NCBI RefSeq assembly: GCF_964355755.1
Contig: NC_092673.1
Span: forward strand, 13,612,948-13,676,947
DNA length: 64,000 nucleotides
Origin: Antedon mediterranea
Lineage: Eukaryota > Animalia > Echinodermata
Direction of reading: 5' to 3'
Numbering within the stretch: position 1 is the stretch's first letter; every line of letters begins with the position of its first letter. The position numbers were made by a program, and so were the translations under genes. Below are positions 37,043-47,769 of the stretch, in pieces. A model generated the notes under the pieces. That model was not told where the DNA came from and made no database searches. It worked only from the letters and a program-made list of their open reading frames with translations.

Positions 37043-38130
37043 TTGTTAGAAGAGAAGCAGGAAGTAGCAAGAGCTGACTTGAAATATCAAGTATCGCTTT
37101 TAGAGGGATTTAGAAAGTGCATGGATGGTCAACGAGGAAATGCTCTTTCGGATAAATGTGCCCTGGCCACTTGTGCCCTCGCAAGGCATAAAGTAGAAGG
37201 AGTAGTGGCTGGGGACATTTGCTGGATTATTTGCGACAGTTGTGATCAGGAGTTAGAAGAGAAAAGGAATTAAGTGAATATGGAATTCCATTGTCCTCAA
37301 TGTAGAAAGCAGCTTGAAACACCTGCTGATATTGTGGAATGGCAATGGCAAAGTAATAAAGTAGAAAGTTGTAAGGAAAGCGTAGAAAAGATGGAAAAGG
37401 AGAAGAATATAGCAGAGAAGGACCTCCACAAGTATGCATTCAGGAGAATGTTACTTTTCTTTTTCAGATATGACCACACCAATTATGCTCTGCACAATAC
37501 AAAGAATTTAAAGGTATTGCCCGAATATATAAATCACATTATTTTCAAAATTAAATTTAATAACATCGCATTCTTTTAATAGGACGACAAAATTTGTCAG
37601 ATATCGAGGTAGGTGAAATGGTAATGCCAAAATCCGCAAAGGAAACCGACATCGCATTTGTTAATGTGAACAATATACACGATTGGATTCAGGAAGTTTG
37701 TGCACATTCACAAACAGAACGATAATTTATGGGAACATTGATTTTTCCATAACGAAGCATGGGTTAAAATAGGTGTAAGTACAATACACAATATACAATT
37801 ATTGTAAGTAAATAATATTAAGTAAAATAATATACGAAAAAGAAATCATAAATCATTTGTTATTGTTAATCATTTCTGGCGTAACAATTAATGAACGCTT
37901 ACAATAACGAATTATATACTGGTTGTTCTGCAATACTGTAGGGTGATAAAGCTGTTGGGCATTGGGAATTTTCTTTTGTAGCATCATTCCTGAGCAGAAC
38001 ATTCTGCCCAAACTCCACATCCTAATAGCCCATGTTCCTAAATGTGCACTTGTGTTTAGGACTTTAGGTCTGTTTTCCCGAACACAGCATCAAGGTAAAT
38101 GCAGATGCCAGGCAAACCAGTTTGTGATAA
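37043..38130 (+). pseudogene. Chapaev transposase fragments (PHD-like finger, first catalytic Asp, C-terminal HxxxxH/SE motif)
   Basis: WIICDSCDQ..FHCPQC; AWVKIG|GDK; LPKLHILIAHVP..LGLFSEH. Confidence 0.65.
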
Positions 38131-39659
38131 TGTAGAAAGGTTAAAGTTGGTTTTTAATCTCCGTAGTCAGAGAGCACTTGTTGGCACTGAGAGAAGAAAG
38201 TGCCAATGTAGTGAATGGTTTACGAATTGCACGACATGTGGCAAGCTTCAACCTTTGGAAATAGTTATGTAGTGAAATGATAAACATTATTACACTACAA
38301 ATCAATATTTAGAGTAACCATGAGGTGACTTTGGTATTGACACAGAGGGACAGGTGTAAGGTCCTATTGTTTTTAAAACTATAATTGGCTGAATCACGAT
38401 TTAAAAGAATATGTGTGTTTTAATCATTTACAGTAATTTAATTTCTTGCAATCTGACCGACGGCATATCAGATAATATTTTATTTAGATAATAATGAATG
38501 AATATATACAAAATAGAAAAAAGATATTAAAGTGAACATAGATAAAGCAGTAATTGGTAGTCATTATTATCATGGATCCCTTCTAGAAGTTAAAAACTTG
38601 TCTCGTAGGGACCCACAACAAAACACATTACTAAAAAAATAAAAATAACAGTACCCAAATGACTGCAATTTAATTGTTAAGTTAAGTATGGAGCCTGCAA
38701 AGTAATATTTTCATTAAAGTAGAGTGTTCGGACTGTTTTCTTAATTATCAGTAACATTAAATCAATCAGTGTGTCCATGGCAAAAGTTGAAATGGACTAT
38801 GGTGACCAATTAATACAGAAACAGGAAGTTCCCAAGTCCTGTGGGGCTATTTTGTGTCCAGTTGTGACAGTTTTATCCTAAATTTCGTCAGTCTATCTTG
38901 AGATCTGATCGACTGAACAACGTTCATTAAAGCCTCAGCAACAGGCAAGGGAAAATAAGTCGGTGTTGCGAGAGTTTGGTCGATTAAATTTGAGAGAAAA
39001 AAATAATAAAATATTGCTTTTAAAAAGGGAGTTGAAGCATTAACACTGTTTAACACTGTTACTTCAACGTCCATAATTATTACGGAATTTTGGCCCAATG
39101 ACATGACATGGGAAATGAAGATATACCTTCGCATGATGCACAAGCAATCTAAACAGTCAGAAATTCATTCTGAGCATGTTCAAAAACATAAATATCTACA
39201 TATATATCTGTGCGCGGTATTGACTGCTGGTTAATTGTACGCTGCGGTCTGTCAATTTACATATAACAAGTTATGGTTCTCTTACTTTTTTTCATGATCG
39301 CCGACCGAAACTGGCCGTGCATCCATATCAACATGAAAATATCAATCCTCGCACGATGCCTTGTGGGATTTACATCGGGCCGATTAAATTATTAGAATCA
39401 ATTTATTTCTCACATTTTGAACAGTTTAAAAACGTTATCAAAATAGGATTATATAGTATTTATTTTTACATAAAATGTAGTTTGTGACTCCAAATTAGGT
39501 CGAAAAAACGTAGGTTGTAAGGCTTAACACATCGTTACAGTAATAAACTCACTTATTTTAAACTTGAAATATATATAGACAACATTTTAAATTTCTAGAA
39601 AATGGTGTGATGAATGTAGAAACTATATGTACAGCTGTAAAAGTATAAAAAAAGCTTTC

Positions 39660-40009
39660 CGTCGATACCAAACACAATGGTATTTATAGGTGGTCGAAAT
39701 TTGACCTTTGACCTCATTTTGATCACATGACATATGTAATTGCGATTATCTCTGTTGCTACGCATTTTGGGGTATGGATGTACTGGAAATAAATGATCAG
39801 TATTGTATTCCCTTTCCAATGATACCACACACGATCAGTTTTGTTAAAGTTAGTCCGCCATCTTGAAAATCAAAATGGCGGCCACTTGCCATGGTCGAAA
39901 AAAATGGCACCAAAGTTTTTCTTGTTCAGCGGAAAATTCTGAGTCAGAAAAACGTTGGTGCCGACAATTAACATCAAAAGCCTACAAAATGATATAAGCC
40001 CCTGGACTA
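39660..40009 (-). mobile_element. Academ-type terminal fragment
   Basis: Ends ...AAGCCCCTGGACTA (TAGTCCAG terminus, as in the element at 54456). Confidence 0.5.
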
Positions 40010-40041
40010 AAATATATACTGTGGCAGCGAGCATAACTTAA

Positions 40042-40666
40042 AGCCCCATTCCCTACGTTTTTTAGATCTAATTTAAGATCACAAACTATATTTAATGTAA
40101 AAATAATACTATATGGTCCTATTGCGATAACTTTTTTCGTCTTTAAACGGTTAAAAATGTGAAAAATAAATCGATTCTAATAATTATAGCGGCCCGCTAT
40201 AAATCCCAAAATGCATTGCGCGCGGATTGATATTTTTGTTTTTCACCTGTAATTCGCCCACTTTTCGATCGATCGTGAAGCCAAAACAAATGGAAGACTC
40301 CTAACTTTTCAGCGAAAATACCGGGTTTTCCCAATTTGTATCAACGGAGTCTGGCAAAAATAGAAAGACAATTAATGCAGCAACTATACAACGTCAGGCT
40401 AGGTATATAGCTAGCGTACGATGTTCGTACGTTATCGATGTTTACCAGCTAGGCCTACAAAACTAAGCCTAGCTAGGCTAGGCCTAAGACCGTCCACGAG
40501 AGGTCGATCGCCGCGAGCTACTTAGGTAGTGCATTGTTTCTCACTTTTTATCATAATTTACCATAAAACGTACATTTAAGACAAGGAATGACATGGTTTA
40601 ATGTTTTTAAAGTGATATATATGTATTATTTTCCAAAAAACGTCCAAAATTGCAGGGAAGGGGTCT
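40042..40666. mobile_element. Kolobok-type MITE
   Basis: TTAA on both sides, AG..CT ends, imperfect 16-bp TIR; a diverged inverted partial copy lies at ~39290-39480. Confidence 0.8.
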
Positions 40667-41989
40667 TTAATCGAAGAAGCAGGGAGCTATCCTATATGTA
40701 ATGGATGCAAGGATGGAGGCAAAGCTGCCAAGAAAAGGAACACCAGGGCATTTGCTCCAAAAGTGTAAAAACGTCACAACAAAAGAACTAGGCCTATGCT
40801 GAACTTTAAATAGACCTAATATTTAAAGCTTTGTACTAGTACTGTAATTAGGTTATGCCTTGGTAATGCTTTTAGTTTTAAATTAAAATTATTAGTGTTC
40901 AAATGAGACTGTTTTCAAGTGTATTTTTATTTACATACATTTTAGAATTTAATAAATGTAAGAATAAAAATATAAGTTGGCGGCCATATTGGAAAAATTC
41001 GCATAAATTTAAACAAAAAATAAAAAGGGCCCCCTCTACGTTTTTTTTTAAATCCCGGACGATAAACTGATTAATTTTATTTGGCCTTATTTTCTATATT
41101 TAATTTTTTTTATGTTGCCGGAAAAACACCAGGAATTGTTGAAAAATCTAAAATGGCGGCCATATTGAAAAATAAAAAGCCCCTCATCCTCCTTTTTTTT
41201 CAAAACCCAGACAAGAAACATGTTTTATTTTTTTCATGGCCTAATAGTGATTTAAGGGGTAGGCCTATTAATATTATAGGCATAGCTAGCTCTGTACGAC
41301 TAGGCTAGGCCTATTATTATAGGTAGGCGCGGCCTAGGGGCCTAGCTAGTAGTAGTAGCCTAGTAGTATTAGGCCAGTAATATCTTACCTTTAGTAATTC
41401 TTACCTTTTTTAGTAAAGTTAAGAGGCAATGACTCATGAGTTTTTAAACTCGTAAGGAGCCTCTTCTCTCATGAGTCATATGTGTGTGTTTGTTTGTCAA
41501 GTTTGTTTTTGAATGAATTTACACTCTTGCTATAGGCTAGGCTAGCCTAGGGCTAGGCCTAGTATTTTTAGTTCTAAAACTCTTAACTTTAATTGCTAGA
41601 ATAAAAAAAACATTCTAATTTGATTGCCTAGGGCCTAGGCCTATTATATTATGCCTAGGCCTAGGCCTATACTGTACCTCCAGCATTTTGCCAGTCAATC
41701 AATGACAACAAATTAACATCATCTGCATCAGTGCTGATCTGAATGTCCCATGACATAGCCTACATTTGTCTTCCTTTCTATGAACAACATGCAGTGCAGA
41801 GTGGATGGTGTCGAGTCTCGTGTGTGTGGTGGTGGCGGCTGCATGCTGGTGGTGGTTTGTGGTGGTGTGTTTGTTGTCGAGTTATGTACGTCTCTCGCGC
41901 GCGATATGGCAGCAATGGTAAACGGAGGCGGGATCGGAGTGCGCGCAGTGCAGGATGATGTGGTTTTATGGCTATCTGGACCAAAGATA

Positions 41990-42590
41990 TAGAAAGATTT
42001 TGGGTATCACATTATAATAAAGACCAAATAACAACTGAAGAAGTCCGAAGCAGAGTTAAGAGTAGCCATCGAAACACATGATGATGATGGATCTCCTCTC
42101 CATTGTCAAAATTAATCAGGAAGATTACGAGATCACCTGGACCTCCACCAGGTGGGTGGGATCAGAGGAAGCAATGTGAGGACCCAAGAAACACGAGGAG
42201 TTGTTTGAATGTGGTGAGCGATTTCTTTGCTAGGGTGTTCCAAAGAACAGTAGCTATGTTTTAGAAAGATTTTGTGTATGTACCATCGAACAAATGAAGA
42301 AGTCCGAAGCAGAGTAAGAGCAGTCAATGGAACACATGATGATCTCCTCTCCATTGTCAACATCAGGAAGATGAGATAGTATAGACATGGCCGGTATTCA
42401 TGAAAGGGGACTATCTTTAGTCCTGGACTATCCTTTGTCCTGGACTATCTAGTCCAGGACTAAGGATAATCCTGGACTAGAGATTACCTGGACCTGTACT
42501 TACCAGGTGGGAGGAAGCAAGGAGGACCCAGGAAACACGGAGAGACTTGTTCGAATATGGTGTGCGATTTCTTTGCTTGGGCGTTCTAAA
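41990..42590 (+). repeat. Locally duplicated RTE 3' fragments plus a copy of the Harbinger left end (42389-42479)
   Basis: GAAGAAGTCCGAAGCAGAG...GATCTCCTCTCCATTGTCAA occurs twice; 42389-42479 matches 11194-11284. Confidence 0.65.
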
Positions 42591-43307
42591 GCCTGTTTTC
42601 CTGTCGACGTTGAAATACGCTGAGTTGCGTTGAATCGAGACTTTACTGGAAAGGGGGTAAAACTGTCTTTACGTCGTCGTTGTACATTTCCTTGAAATTT
42701 CAACGATTTACAGGAAAAGGGGTAATTTTCGACGCTGAAAATCGTTGAAACAAATTTACGATCGTTGAAGTTGAACTCGGTCCAACTTCAAACGACACGA
42801 TCGTTAAAACTGACCAATCAAATGGTTGGCAAATTACGTCATGCGATCGTTGAAACTGACCAATCAAATGGTTAACAAATTACGTAATCTTAAACAGATA
42901 AACAGACGATATACGTACATTTTTTTCGTCGCGCGATAATTTAAATTGAAAACACAGTAGCTGACCGAAAGGTGAGTTGGCCGCGAAGGTAATAGGCTTG
43001 AGTAAAACCTCCAATGATGATCATCTCTTGTATCTTCTTTTTGTCTGCTTCCTTGGCAAAAAATAAATTGGCAAGGGATGCCTCTCAAAATCATGTTGTA
43101 GTAGGCCTAGTAACTACTGATTTTACGGAAATACCGCTCCACCATCTCTAAATAATCTTACGACTTTCGCCTTTTAGTAATCCAAAAATATTTGAAGGCA
43201 TTGATTGATGTTGCGTTGGTGGCTGTTGTCGGAAGCTTGTTCCAGTTTTCGATGACACGTTGACTCTTGTTTAAGTTAAATAGATATTTTGAACATCTGG
43301 AAAGGGT

Positions 43308-43900
43308 ATTCATTTCATTTCATTTATTAATGGTCAATCACATTACAGGCTGAAACCGTAGTCGTACAATATTAAATACAACCATGATAAAAACAGGTTT
43401 AAAAAAAATATTTAAAAAAGCAGATTATCAAAATAACATTACAAAACATTATTTAACAGTCTAGCCATAGTAGGAACAGGTGATTTCTTAAATCGTTCAG
43501 TTCTGCCAAACGGAATAGGGAGGGGGCGAGACCGAAGGCCGACATCATATTCGCGACAATGAGGGAGCATATTCCGAAATATGTCAGAGGCAAGAAGTTT
43601 CTCACCAAAAGACAACACCACACCCACCCTCCTCGTCGCAAGCGATGGGAGACCGATGATCTCGCACGCCTCTTTATACATGTGATCAATCCCTAGTATT
43701 ATTCGAAGAGCTCGTTTCTGGATTCTCTCAATAGCACGAGACTTCTCCCCAGTTAGGTAACCATGCCACACAGGACAAGCATATTCTAACAAAGGTCTAA
43801 TATAAGCTAAGTAAACATTAACAATTTTCTCGAAGCCCTACGTACGATATCATTAACATGAAGATTCCATCTTAAGTCATTACTAATAGTAACACCTAGG
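43308..43900 (-). mobile_element. L2/CR1 LINE 3' end
   Basis: LEYACPVWH..IERIQKRALRII..LPSLATRR..RTERFKKS; (AATGA)n tail. Confidence 0.85.
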
Positions 43901-44329
43901 AGTAGTTATACTACATTGTTTGAAATTATTTTCGTTTATTCAAAGTTAAAATTTCACTTTAAAATATAAACATTTATTTATTCAACTTTATTTTACAAGG
44001 GTAGCTCTAAAAGCTGAACTACAGCAGTACAGTTGACTTAAAGAGGCCCTCTTTAAAAAAAACACAAACGACATTCAAACATAAAGAAAGATACAAAAGA
44101 ATTCAAACAGATAAAAAATGTTACAATTTAAATACATATACAAAAATTAGAAAATTGTGGCTCTATAATAAAAATACATTTGAAGTTTAGGGTTAGGAAC
44201 AAAAAAAATACCCATAGTAACTGATCGAGTAGATTTTTTTAAACGACTGAGGTAGTAGCAGAATCAGTGGCTGCTTTGAAACATGACAACCAAGTTGAAG
44301 ACAATTTTAGACTGGAAAAGAGAAAAGAA

Positions 44330-44950
44330 GAACGTGTATGAGGGTGGCATCACGGAGTCATGGGTCAACAAAAACATTCCAGATAGCGTATTGTCATCGC
44401 AGGAACATGTTATTTTTCGAAAGGACCGTCCATCCCGTAGAGGTGGTGGGGTTGTTCTTGCAATAAAATCTGAGCTTTCACCCTCCATAATATATCATCA
44501 TTTACTGGAGAAAGTAGAATTTTATCTTGATGGGAGATTTCAATGTTTACTGGTCCAACAATAATAATAATAGCGACTCTAGAAGTTATCGCTTATTAAA
44601 TAACTGGACTATTTCTCTGAACCGACAATAATTTCCAAGGACTGTAGATCTAGGCTCTAAGGCTAACTATGACAAGAAGCTGAATGACAAGATACGTGAT
44701 ATTTCAATGTAATCTATTTTTACTCGAAATGTTAATGACACTTGGAACAATTTATAGCGTGTGTTAATGATTGTATACCTCATAGAACAAGACGCAAGAG
44801 GTCAAAACCGTCGATATCCATTGATGATAAGAAACTCATTCACAATAAAGGAAGGTTGTATAAACGGTTCAAACAATCTATTAATATTGATGATTGAAAT
44901 TAATATTATAAGAAAGCAAGAAATATCACTACCTATTCAATTCAGCGTTC
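44330..44950 (+). mobile_element. CR1/L2 endonuclease remnant
   Basis: ITESW, IFRKDRPSRRGGGVVLAIK, LMGDFN. Confidence 0.7.
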
Positions 44951-45131
44951 ATAATAGTCGCGTTTTGAACGAATGATAAAGTAAAACTGAAAATGTTGAG
45001 AGTTTTTGGTCACATAAAATCTGTGATAATGATAATAAGTTATTATTTTCTAATTTGCACAATTTACTTACAAATGAGATCATAACGTCAATTAATTTCA
45101 GAAATAATAAAAATGATTGTTTGAGGAATTA

Positions 45132-45178
45132 TTTCACTTTTATTGCACCAAATTCTTGCATTTGCTATGAAAGTGAAA
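45132..45178 (+). promoter_or_regulatory. IRF-E/ISRE-like motifs upstream of TLR copy 1
   Basis: GAAAGTGAAA at 45169-45178 and inverted AAAAGTGAAA at 45132-45141; the motif is retained at 53215, 58886 and 59005. Confidence 0.45.
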
Positions 45179-45334
45179 TATTAATAAATCATTATTTTTC
45201 CAGCTTGAACCATTACCTAAAAAGGAGATGAATAAATAATGTCATTATCACTTCTCATTATTGGAATACATGTACAGTCGATTTCTCTCATTATTACGTT
45301 ATACTTCAACGTAAAAGGTTCATACAGTACCACT

Positions 45335-47237
45335 ATGAATATGCGGACTCTTCTTCCCGTTACTATCGTTCTTTTCGTAACATTCTACTGTCCTATTAGC
45401 GGTAACTTAACGTGTTACAATTACAATCCGTTGGTAAATGGAACTCAGCCGCTTGATGATTTCAGATGTCCTAAGAAATGTGACTGTCAATATTGCAAGG
45501 AAGAAAGGAAAGTATACTACAGTCATGAAGTGTATTGTTCAAATAAAGGATTGAAAGTTATTCCATCGCAAGATACGATGCCAACTGATGTTAAATATTA
45601 CAAACTGGAAGACAACAGTATTTTGTTTCTGAAGAAATACTCTTTCCAGAATTTAACTGTTCTACAATATTTAAATATTAATAACAACGAGCTATTTTAT
45701 AATAACATTGATATTAATGCATTCCGTGGTTTGAAAAAATTGACCACTTTAACAATGGATTATAACCCACAGCTGTATAAACTTTTGCCCTGGCTTGATG
45801 ATCTCGTTTCTTTAGAACAACTACATCTAAAGCATTGTGGATTATCTACAATATATCCTAAGGTATTTAACAATTGCAAAAAACTAATAAAAGTTGATCT
45901 TACAAGAAACTCTATAAACTATATTCCCTTCGGAACTTTCCAGAATTTACCAGTTCTTAAATATGTACATCTAAGCAACAACCAGATTAGCAGTATACCA
46001 CCACACGCATTTAAAGGTTCATTCCGATTACAGTTAATAACTCTACGTAGCAACTTCCTGTCTACAATCACTGAGGATGTTGGACTTCAAAATTTGACTC
46101 AATTAAAGTATCTAAATGTGGTGTACAACAAGTTTCGTTGTGATTGTGATTTTGTGTGGTTTAGAAAATGGATTGGGACAACGAATGTTACAATTCAACA
46201 TATCAACAACACAAAATGTAAACCATATCATTGCACCCATTACAAGAACATGATGGAATTTAATCCTAATGAACTAAACTGCAGCAAATTTGAAAAAATC
46301 TTTAAATATACAATTCCATCTGTTTCAGCTGGGCTTATTATTGTAATTGTGTGTGCAGTATTTTACCGCTACAGATTCTATTTAAGGTAATATCAGGTGC
46401 ATTCAAGTATAAATGCCTGCTGTTATGTATACGAAAACAAAACTTAAGTGAAATATCAATATCTGATTAGTTAGTTTTTTTTCAACAAACTTTTAATTTA
46501 GACCTAATCATATTGAATGTAACATTTTATAAATGTTTAAACCATACGTTTTTATTATTTTTATAATCAAATTGCTAAAGATAAGTTAATTGTAAGTAAG
46601 TAAGCCCCTCTGCTAAAATCAGAAGCAAGATAAAATTATTTTATGAATTATGTTGCATTATGTCAATGAATTTTATTTATTTCAATGTAGGTATTGGAAC
46701 CAACGACGACGCCTTCGTAAACAATACCAGCGAATTTGCAACCAAGAACCTCCTCCTATCAACGGAGAAGATATTCTGTATGACGTGTTTGTCTGTTACA
46801 ACAGCAAAGACCAACAATGGGTTCTTGATGTTTTACAGCCATCGTTGGAGGTGCAGCGTAATTTTAAACTATGCGTCGACTATCGCGATTTTATTCCAGG
46901 AGAAGCAATCATTACAAACATTGCAAATGGTGTTAAACACTGTCGTAAGGTTTTGTTAGTTGTCTCCAAACATTTTGCCAAAAGTGAGTGGTGTAACTTC
47001 GAATTAGAAATGGCGCGCATGCGTATGTTTGACAACCATGAAGATATTTTGATAGTGGTACTAATTGAAAAGGTGTCACCTAAAGACATGCCGATACTCT
47101 TACATAAAATATTGACCACAACAACTTATATTGAATGGGAAGAACATCCAAAAAGACAAGCATTGTTCTGGGCCAAGCTTGAAACAGCTCTGTTGTCACC
47201 TAACTGTCCAAAAGATAGGCTAATTGATAACCCCTAG
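45335..47237 (+). CDS. Short Toll-like receptor (signal peptide, LRRNT, ~7 LRRs, LRRCT, TM, TIR), ~532 aa; exons 45335-46386 and 46691-47237
   Basis: CPKKCDC LRRNT, LxxLxLxxN repeats, NKFRCDCDFVWF LRRCT, TM SAGLIIVIVCAVFY, phase-2 GT-AG intron, TIR YDVFVCY/RDFIPG/SEWCNFE/FW. Alternative upstream ATG at 45239. Confidence 0.93.
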
Positions 47238-47769
47238 AAAGCTTTGCACCATCGAAAGTATCCTCATTAGACATATATTATTTTACAACATTTAGTGACA
47301 CATTTTTCTAGGATGGTGGATATTTACAATAATTCGATTTGGTTTTCAATCATTTCTAATTACAAGGGGGCAAACAAGCCAATGCTTTCTGACTAATACC
47401 ATATTCACATCTACTAGCAAAGGGTATGATGTATAGTATTGAGATTAGGCAGTAGTGCTCTTTTTAGGCGAGTGGCTTCCATGCATGCGGATTTTGGCCT
47501 TAATGGAAGTCTCCCTGGTCCTTTTGTATATTTTTTGCTTTGTATTTTTGTTTTATTTATCGATAAAAAAAAAACTGATTTGTGACTTTGTGACTTGTCA
47601 ATGAGAAATATCCGGATGATATTGCCTTATAAATTTAATGTACTTTAGGCCTAAATGCAATACTGTATATAATGCTTTTAAATGTTCTATGAGGTTAAAA
47701 TAACTATTAAGAATTGATACCTCGTCATTCGAATGATCAATTTGTATATAACTACTTTTTAACAAAAAC

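Noticed and set aside
38830-39150. Possible exon SNLIDQTLATPTYFPLPVAEALMNVV
   Set aside because: No recognisable family or partner exons.
46650-47237. Standalone TIR-only (bacterial defence-like) gene
   Set aside because: It is exon 2 of the TLR, and the apparent start lies in the intron.
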